DNA of 64,000 bases, taken from assembly GCF_009914755.1 (NCBI RefSeq), contig NC_060925.1; one strand, written 5' to 3'. The DNA comes from the human T2T-CHM13v2.0 reference genome, Homo sapiens. Within the stretch, counting starts at the first letter, position 1, and each line of letters opens with the position of its first letter. This document shows positions 51,316-64,000 of the stretch, piece after piece. The notes under the pieces are model-generated. The model did no database searches. It had not been told where the DNA came from and saw nothing but the letters and a program-made list of their open reading frames with translations. A program made the translations under genes and the position numbers.

Positions 51316-51649
51316 TCCAGAGTGTTCTTCTGAAATACTTGCATGTCATTTTTTTGTATCAAATTATTGATAGGTTTCCCATTTTTTGTGTTAAACTGGT
51401 ATACTTTTTCCATCATTTGAATTCCAGTTCTTTTATGTCCTCATGTTTTTGTATGTACTTATATATATAGCTAGATTTTGTTTTCTTATCCAGTCTCACA
51501 GTTTTGGGGTTTTACTGGAGATTTATGAATTTACATTTATTGTGAGTTCTGATATATTTGGATTTGTTTCTATCCCTTTGTTTTCTACTTTTTAAAAAAA
51601 GTTTCCAATCTCCATTAACCCTCCTCTCCTTTTAAAAGTCCACCTTTGG

Positions 51650-51957
51650 AGGCCAGACGTGGTGGCTCACACCTGTAATCTGAGCACTCTGGGAGGCTGA
51701 GGTGGGCGGATCACTTGAGGCCAGGAATTTGAGACCGGCCTGGCCAACATGGTGAAACCCTGTCTCTACTAAAAATACAGGAATCAGCTGGGTGTGGTGG
51801 TGCACGCCTGTAATACCAGCTACTTGGGAGGCTGAGGCTTGAGAATTGCTTGAACAACCTGGGAGGCAGAGGTTGCAGTCAGCCAAGACTGCGCTACTGT
51901 ACTCCAACCTGGGCGACAGAGTGAGACTGTGTCTCAAAAATAAAAAATAAAAATAAA
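51650..51957 (+). mobile_element. Alu (AluS)
   Basis: TSD aaagtc(c/t)accttt. Confidence 0.93.
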
Positions 51958-52348
51958 GTCTACCTTTCGAATTACTTGAGTATTTTACTTTTTGTCCATT
52001 GTGTTTCTGTTTCTTGCTTCTAAGATAGACATTCATTTTTGTTATTCTGGAGGTTACCCCAGCTACTTTCACAAGAATATCGAACAAAGCCAAATATCAG
52101 TAAATATTTCTACTCTTCTCTTGAATAAAGGAACTTGGAACATACCTTGTTCCATTTTATGTGATTATATTGTTCAGGATTTAGTTATATTCTGTTTTCT
52201 CTCATGAATTAGATGTTATTGGTTTACTGTTAGTGTTGTTTGTTTAGATTTACCTGCATATTTACTAATACCTTTGGTTTACCTTTCCTTCTTCCCATCA
52301 CACATTTTCCATGTTGTATCATTTTGTACTGAAGGTACATCCTTTAGC

Positions 52349-52350
<2 letters not shown>

Positions 52351-52383
<33 letters not shown>

Positions 52384-52666
52384 AGACGGAGTTTCGCTCT
52401 TGTTGCCCAGGCTGAAGTGCAATGGCATGATCTTGGCTCACCACAACCTCTGCCTCCTGGGTTCAAGTAATTCTCCTGTCAGCCTCCTGAGTAGCTGGGA
52501 TTATAGGTGCATACCACCACTCCTGGCTAATTTTGTATTTTTTTTAGGAGAGATGGGGTTTCTCCATGTTGGTCAGGCTGGTCTCGAACTCCCGACCTCA
52601 GGTGATCTGCCTGCCTCTGCCTCTCAAAGCTCTGGGATTACAGGCATGAACCACCGTGCCTGGGCC
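52351..52666 (-). mobile_element. Alu (AluSp-like) with ~32-nt pure T tract
   Basis: gtttctccatgttggtcaggc, ctcccgacctcagg diagnostics. Confidence 0.93.
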
Positions 52667-53234
52667 ACAGTTTTTTTTTTTTTTTTTTACATGAGAGTTT
52701 GTTGATAGAAAACAATTTCAGTTTCCTTTTCTTTCCTTCATTCATTCTTTCCTTTCTTCCTTTTCTTTCCTTTGTGAAAAATGTCTTTTTTTTTTAAATG
52801 CCAGTTCTTCAAAGATAGTTTTGCTGGGCATGGATTTCATTTGATAGTTACTGTATTTCAGATGGTATTCCATTATATTCTGACTTCCATTGTTGAAGTT
52901 GCAAAGTCAGACATCAGTCTAATTGTGGTTCCTGTATAGGTAACCTGTTTCTTTTCCTTGACTACTTTTAATTTTGTTTTTCTTTGCCGGGTTTTTTTCT
53001 TATTTTATGTCAGAACAGTGTGTCTTGATGTGCATTGTTTTTTATTTTTTATACTTGGGATTTGTTGATGTTCTTGATGTGAGCAATTGGCATCTTGAAA
53101 AATGTAAGAAATTTTCAGTCAGTAGGTCTTTGGTTTACTACTTCATTATTCTCTCCATTTTTTTGTAGTCTGGGGAAATTCTGATTAGCCATATCAGACC
53201 TGCTTATTAGACCTTATTCCATCCACTATTTAAA

Positions 53235-56815
<3,581 letters not shown>

Positions 56816-56835
56816 CTTACTTTATGGATTCATTT

Positions 56836-58760
56836 TTTTCCTCAACTTTTATTTTAGATTCGAGGGGTACATGTGCAGGTTTGTTTCATAGGTAGTATTG
56901 CATGAGGCTGAGGTTTGGGGTACAAATGATCCTGTTACCCAGGAACTGAGCATAGTACCCAGTAGTTAGTGTTTCACCCCTTCCTTCCCTTTCTCCCTCC
57001 CTGCTCTACTAGTTCACAGTTTCTGTTGTTGCCATCTTTATGTCCACAAGTATCCAGTGTGTAGCTCCTACTTATAAGTGAGAACATGCTGTATTTGGTT
57101 TTCTGTTCCTGTGTTAATTTGCTTAGGATAATAGCCTCCAGCTGCATCTTAGTTGCTGCAAAGGACATGATTTCATTCATTTTTGTGGCTGCATAGTGTT
57201 CCATGTATATGTACCACATTTGCTTCATTCAGTCCACCATTGATGGGCACCTAGGTTGATTCTGTGTCTTTGTTATTGTGAATAGTGCTGCGATGAACAT
57301 GTGAGTGCATGTGTCTTTTTGGTAGAACAATTTGTTTTCTTTTGGATATATACCCAGGATTGGGATTGCTGGGTTGAATGGTCATTCTAAGTTCTTTGAG
57401 AAATCTCCAAATTGTTTTCCATAGTGGCTGAACGAATTTACATTCCCACCAAGTGTATATAAGTATTCCTTTTTCTCTGCGGCCTCACCAGCAACTTTTG
57501 TTTCTTGACTTTTTAATAATAGCCATTCTCACTCATATGAGATGGTATCTCATTGTGGTTTTGATTTGCATTTCTCTGAGATTAGTGGATGTGGAGCATT
57601 TTATTTTGTGTTCGTTGGCTCCTTGTATGCCTTTGGCGAAGTGTCTGTTCATGTCCTTTGCTCATTTTTTAAGGGGGTTATTTGGTTTTTGCTTGTTTAA
57701 TTTTTTAAGTTCTTTTTTTTTTGAGACGGAGTCTCGCTTCATCGCCAGGCTGGAGTGCAGTGGTGCGATCTCGGCTCACAGCAACCTCCTCTTCCTGCTT
57801 TCAAGCGATTCTCCTGCCTCAGCCTCCTGAGTAGCTGGGACTATAGGCGCATGCAACCACGCCCAGCTAATATTTTTTATTTCTAGTAGAGATGGGGTTT
57901 CACCGCGTCAACCAGGATGGTTTTGATCTCCTGACCTCATGATCTGCCTGCCTCAGCCTCCCAAAGTGCTGAGATTACAGGCATGACATTTTTTTAAGTT
58001 CTTTGTGGATTCTGGATATTAAACCTTCGTCAGGTGCATAGTTGGCAAATATTTTCTTTCATTCTTTAGGTTGTCTGTTTACTTTGTTGATAGTTTCTTT
58101 TGCTGTGCAGAGCTTTTTAGTTTAATTAGGTCCCACTTGTCAATTTTTGTTTTTGTTGCAGTGGCTATTGAGGACTTAGTCATAATTTCTTTCTCAAGTC
58201 CAATGTCTAGAATGGCGTTTCCTATATTTTCTTTTAGGATTCTTATAGTTCGAGGTCTTACATTTAAATCTGGAATCCATCTTGAGTTAATTTTTATATA
58301 TGGTGAAATGTAGGGGGGTCCAGTTTCATTCTTCTACATATGGTTGGCCAGTGATCCCAGCACCATTTATTTAATAGGGAGTCCTTTCCCCATTGCTTAT
58401 TTTTGTCAACTTTGTCGAAGATCAGATGACTGTAGGTGTGTGGCTTTATTTCTGGGTTCTCTATTCTGTTTCATTGGCCTGTGTGTCTTGTTTTCGTACC
58501 AGTACTATGCTGTTTTGGTTACTGTAGCCTTAAAGTATGGTTTGCAGTCAAGTAATGTGATACCTCTGGCTTTGTTCTTTTTGCTTAAGATTGCTTTGGC
58601 TGTTCAGGCTCTTTTTTGGTTCCATGTGAATTTTAGAATAGTTTTTTCTAATTCTGTGAAAAATGATGTTGGTAGTTTGATAGGAATAGCATTGAATCTG
58701 TAGGTTGTGTTGGGCTGAATGGTCATTTTAACGATATTGATTCTTCCAATCCGTGAGCAT
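56836..58760 (-). mobile_element. L1 (old L1PA/L1PB-type) 3' end with nested Alu (~57713-57985)
   Basis: ggtacatgtgcaggtttgtt 3' end; peptides NEIMSFAAT.MQLEAIILSKLTQEQKTKY and [25 protein letters not shown]. Confidence 0.9.
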
Positions 58761-60297
58761 GAAATAAATGGAAAAACATTGTTGCTGTTTGTTGTTGTCA
58801 TTGCTGTTTGTTTAGTGATTTTCCTAGACTAATTCTGTTAAATCTGCATTCTTTTTCAGGTGTAGGCACTGGAGTCTGTTCTTGGTTAGCTTAGTTGTCA
58901 GCTAAGGGTTAGATAGAGATTTCTTTAAATGCCTTGAACCAATAAGCCTTCCAGTCTTTGTCAAAGGGGCCTGTGTGTTTGGGTTGCCTTCAAGTGCCTT
59001 GGAAATTTACAACTCTGCCTTAGCTTTCACTTCTTGCTTGTTCAGAGCCTCAAGGTCAGCCAGAGATGTTAGAGTAGGGCCTTCTTGGGTCCTTCTTTGG
59101 CATGTGCACATTCTTATATATGTGCATAATTTCTAAATTCCCAGAAATGTTTTGTTGCTTTTCAAATTCTACTATTAATGTCTAATTCTTACTTTTACTT
59201 TTAACTTTTTCTGGTCAGCTTCTTGTTTCCCTCACCTAGTATTACTGCCTCAAGCAACTGTGATGTTAAATCATTGCTGTTGATTATTTTTGACAAGCAC
59301 CCTTAGGATGGGGTTGAATATGGTCAGATTCATGTAAGTCCTTAAAAGGCAGCTTTTCCAGGGAACTTAAGGACAGATTAAATTGTGATAAGTCTTTGAG
59401 GATAGGGCATTTGGGGGAGTCTCAAACTTGTTTTGTGACTTACAGTGGCTGCGAAGTTACTGTTTTTTACAACTACCATAGTCGCAAGGCTGCTGTTGAC
59501 TTAGGGAAAATACCACAAGTTAAAGTGGCTCAAGGCTCACTATTCTTTCTGAGATCCAGTTATTTGTCTTGAATAAATGTTTCTTGGATTGTTCTAATCC
59601 CTTGGTTAAATTTCACAGTTCTAAAAAAGTTGATTTTGAAATTTTGTAGTGTTGTCAGTGCTTTTATGGAGAAGTATATTTTCAGAGGTCTTATTCAGCC
59701 ATTGCAGAAGTGCTTCTTCTGTAACATTCTTACACTTTTCCCCTCCTTCTTGAGGAAGGTTAAATTGTGAGGAAAGGTTCCTAAATGATTCAGATTTCTG
59801 AACATATCTTATAAAGGCATTAATTATAAGAAATAGATACATGTTTTAATAATTTAATTTTATAATAGTGTGAGTACAGCTCATAGTTCATTAATTTGAT
59901 TATCAAATTCAGTATTCTAGTTTTTAAAAATAAATATCCTTGGAAATATATGCTTCCAATGATTTCATTTATAGACAGTAGTATACAAAGCAGAAGTGAT
60001 CATTTTACTTAATAAAGTCATCAAAGCTAAGTCAATAAATTACATAAATATTTCTTACTGATAAAATAGTTTCATAAGTAAACTGCTGACTTGATTAGAT
60101 GGAATACTAATTACATTTTCACAAATATGAAATGAGTAAAAATTCTCATTTTCCTTGAAATGTATACTTATTTAGGTTGAATATACTTTTTATATATTTT
60201 TTGCAGGGTATAAATCTTATTATTCTGTGTTCATTGCAAAATTGGTTCAATTGAAGCAAAGGACATTAATAGATTGAAGTTTGGTAAATTAAAAATT

Positions 60298-60646
60298 ATG
60301 TATAGTTCATTTTCATGCTGCTAATAAAGGTATACCCGAGACTGGGCAGTTTACAAAAGAAAGAGGTTTATTGGACTTACAGTTCTGTGTACCTGGGAGG
60401 CCTCACAATCATGGTGGAAGGTGAAAGGTGAAAGGCATGTCTCACATGACAGCAGACAAGAGAAGAGAGCTTGTGTGGAAAAACTCCCATTTTAAAAACC
60501 ATCATATCTCATGAGACTTATGCACCATCACAAGAACAGCATGGGAAAGACCTGCCCACATGATTCAGTTACCTCCCACTGGGTCCCTCCCACAACACGT
60601 GGCAATTCAAGATAAGATTTAGGTGAGATCATAGCCAAACCACGTC
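60298..60646 (-). mobile_element. THE1-family (MaLR) solo LTR
   Basis: atacccgagactgggcagtttacaaaagaaagaggttt...gcctcacaatcatgg...gggtccctcccacaacacgtgg. Confidence 0.88.
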
Positions 60647-60649
60647 GTG

Positions 60650-60680
<31 letters not shown>

Positions 60681-60717
60681 TGTGTGTGGTGTGTGTGTGC
60701 GTGCGCGTGTGCACGTG
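60647..60717. repeat. (GT)n microsatellite ending in a GC/GT alternating tract
   Basis: Directly visible. Confidence 0.95.
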
Positions 60718-61167
60718 GCTTAAAGTAACAAATTTATTATCTTACTGTTCTGGAAGTCAGAAGTCTGAAATAAGGTGTACTGGGCTAAAATCGAAGTGTT
60801 GGCAAGTGTGTATTCCTTCTGGTCTTGCCTTTTCCAGCTTCTAGAGGCTACTTGCATTCCTTGGAGCAAGTCCCCTTCCTCTATCTTCAAACCCAGCAAC
60901 ATAGCATCTTGAGATCTCTTTCTTTTTCTCTCTTTTTCCATCATCTTGTCTCCTTCTCTGACTCTGACTCTCCTGCCTTGTTTTGCTCAGTAAGACCCTT
61001 GTAATTATATTGGGCCTCTGTGGATAATTTAGGATAATCTCCTTATGGTCAAAATCCTTAATTAATCACATCTACAAAATCCTTTTTGCAGTATAAGGTA
61101 AAGTATTCGTAGGTTCTAACAAATAGGATGTAGATATCTTTGGGCTACTATTATTCTGCTTACCACA
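60717..61167 (-). mobile_element. MLT1-family (MaLR) LTR
   Basis: ggcttaaa..aaatttattatcttactgttctggaagtcagaagtctgaaat...ccagcttctagaggct...ttattctgcttaccaca. Confidence 0.8.
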
Positions 61168-61980
61168 ATAATAGTAAACCTTTTAAGACAAAAGTTTTCC
61201 AAGTAAATTTTTAAAAAGTATAAAACACCTACTGAAAAGTGCTGGCATCGTGTATTTGTGCAACTTGATTAATTTTCACAAAGTAAAATATATATGTACT
61301 CAGCATCTAGAACAAGAAACAGCCCCCCATAAGTCCTTTGTACCCCCTCAAAGGGTTTACTGCTTTCTAGGCTCTTAAAAGTACAGGTTAGTTTGGGCCT
61401 TTTTACGATTTTATAAAAATGGGAATCATACTGTGCCTTCTCTTTTGTGTCTGGCTTTTTTCACACAGAAGGTTTGTGAGATTCATTTATGTTGCTGAGA
61501 ATAGTAATGATTTGTTCATTATTACTGATGATTTAGTACTTTATTTTAGGAATAGATAACAATTTAATCCCAGTTTATTGTTGGATATTTGGGTTGTTTC
61601 AAGTGTTTGGCTAATATAAATAGTGCTGCTGTGAACATTCTAGTGCATGTTTTTACATGCCCCATGCAGGCGTTTATTTTTAGTGGAACTGCTGGGTTAT
61701 AGGAGAAGCATATGATCAGCTTTAATAGATATTGATACATAGTTTTCCATTGCAATTGTACCATTTTATACTCCCATCAGCAATGTGTTCCGTAACTCCA
61801 CATCCTCATCAACACTTGATATTATAAGTCTTTTCATTTTGGCCATTCGGGTATGGTATAGCTGTATATCTTTGTGGTGGTAATTTATATTTCCTCGATG
61901 GCTGAGTTTGAATACCTTTCATATATACAGTGTTTCAAACATAGGAATATTGTATACAGAAAACCATGTATAGCAGAGGC

Positions 61981-62263
61981 ACCAGGAACTGGTTTCACAG
62001 GAGACAATTTTTCCATGGAGTGGGGATGGTTTTGGGTTTAAAACTGTTATACCTCAGATCACCAGGCATTAGCTTCTCATAAGGAGTGCACAACCTGTGA
62101 GAAACAGTTCACCATAGTGTCTATGCTCCTGTGAGAATCTAATGCCATTGCTGATCCTACAGGAGGTGGAGCTCAGGTGGTAATGCTCGCTCACCTGCTG
62201 CTCACTACCTGCTTTGCTGCTCACTTCCTAACAGGCTACGGACCAGTACTGGGTCTTTGGGAC
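61981..62263. mobile_element. MER1-like (hAT-Charlie)
   Basis: gacaatttttccatgg...cctcagatcaccaggcattag.ttctcataaggagtgcacaacct...gagaatctaatgcc. Confidence 0.75.
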
Positions 62264-62956
62264 ATAGGGAGAGAAGAACTTATTGAGGCAGGGTTTATAG
62301 AGAGCCTCAACTTACAATATTGTCATTGCTAAATTAGAAGTGGATACAGGCATATCTAAAATATTGTACTTCATTAAAAAAGGTTTTTATGGTAGTAAAA
62401 TACATATAAAGTTTGACATTTAAACTATTGTTTTGAGAGTACATTTCGTTGACATTAAGTATATTCATGTTGTATAACCATTACCACAATTAAAATTTTT
62501 CTAAGAGGTGAGTTATGCACTTAAATCATTTCAGCATCCCACAGTTGTCTTAAACGTTACCAGAGAAGAAAATTTGCTTACGTATTTATTGTACAATTAT
62601 AAACTCACATAGATAAAACATAAAAATTAAGCTTTGAATAGTTTGAACAAGCTACCTAGGGGAGAATCATTCTTCCCTAGTTGTTAGAAGTTTATAACTT
62701 CAGATAACTTTTTATCTGAAGTTAAGTTAATGCTAATCTTCAAAGTACTGAATCATATTAATTCAACAATTACTTCTTATCTATTTCTATCTGTATTGTA
62801 CCATTCTGAATCATAGTATGGGTAAGCCATGAGTAACTAAAATGCATGGTTTTTGTAACCTTTACCTTAATCATTTTATGAAATAGTAGGAATGTTTTTC
62901 AGAGCCGTCTGTTTAAATGTTCGTATGATTATCTGCACTTTTCTTTTCATCTTCAG

Positions 62957-63070
62957 ATTATGACTGTACCCAATGACCCTTACACTTTTCTCTCTTGTGG
63001 TGAAGATGGAACTGTTAGGTGGTTTGATACACGCATCAAAACTAGCTGCACAAAAGAAGATTGTAAAGAT
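62957..63070 (+). CDS. DCAF6: DCAF6 exon 5 (WD40)
   Basis: ttttcatcttcag|; [38 protein letters not shown] with a WDxR-like FDTR; 114 nt; GAT|GTAAGA. Confidence 0.97.
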
Positions 63071-63112
63071 GTAAGAATTAAATTTTTATACAAATGATGC
63101 AGAAAAAATTAA

Positions 63113-63164
63113 GGTTATAATTAAAATTGGTTATAATTAAAGTTATAATTAAGGTTATAATTAA
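63113..63164. repeat. (g/a)gttataattaa x4
   Basis: Copies at 63113, 63129, 63141, 63153. Confidence 0.9.
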
Positions 63165-63631
63165 AAGTAAGTTATGTGGATGGTAAGATTATGGGTGAAT
63201 TTTTAAATTTTTGTTTTGCTAAAATATTTAATAAGCATATAGTTTATAATCAGAAATTGAAAAATGTAAAATGTTAATATTGAAGTTGGAGAACTTATAT
63301 TTTAATTGTACATTTAAAATATATTTATGAAAATTCAAATAATTTGTTCAGTATATACTGTCTAATATAAAAACCTGAAGAATTTATATAAATGTATCTC
63401 ATTTACTCATGGAAACAGCTTTGACTTATCAAATAGCAGTTATAAAAGCTTGTGGTAGTTGTCTTTTTTTCTCCTGTCTTTTAAACCAATAATTACATGT
63501 TATCTTTTTTAAAAAGAAATAATAAGATAGCATGCTATCAACATGTTTGTTCAAATTTAGCCCACTTTCCTAAAGATAATATCTCTACTATCAGTTTCTT
63601 ATGCTTTAATACAATTAAATTAATTAATTAA

Positions 63632-63925
<294 letters not shown>

Positions 63926-64000
63926 ACTTTTAATACTATTTTAAACTTACAAAAGGCCTGAGAAATCATTCAGTCTTTTGACCCCAGACAAGTAATTCCA

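Overview
Human-type genomic DNA covering the head-to-head MPC2 / DCAF6 locus (chr1q24, recognised from the encoded peptides). Minus strand: the MPC2 (mitochondrial pyruvate carrier 2) start-codon exon (CDS 11307-11199), an 11.2 kb intron, and the first 3 nt of the next exon at the window edge. Plus strand: DCAF6 (IQWD1/NRIP) coding exons 1-5 (184 codons: DDB1-binding H-box plus the first WD40 repeats). Both genes share a CpG island (~11230-13040). The rest is intron filled with ~39 Alus, nested antisense L1 fragments, LTRs and DNA-transposon fossils. Almost all ORF-track entries are repeat artefacts. I see no foreign DNA and no new gene system. The best undescribed-looking signals are small: (i) several locally templated insertions or template switches, two of them copied from ~1.3 kb away, one inverted; (ii) an antisense MPC2 splice donor inside the DCAF6 H-box codons; (iii) inverted-Alu geometry and phase-0 exons that would allow stop-free circular WD40 ORFs; (iv) a candidate poison exon just upstream of DCAF6 exon 3; (v) three uORFs. 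Repeat subfamily names come from recalled consensus sequences and their boundaries are approximate.
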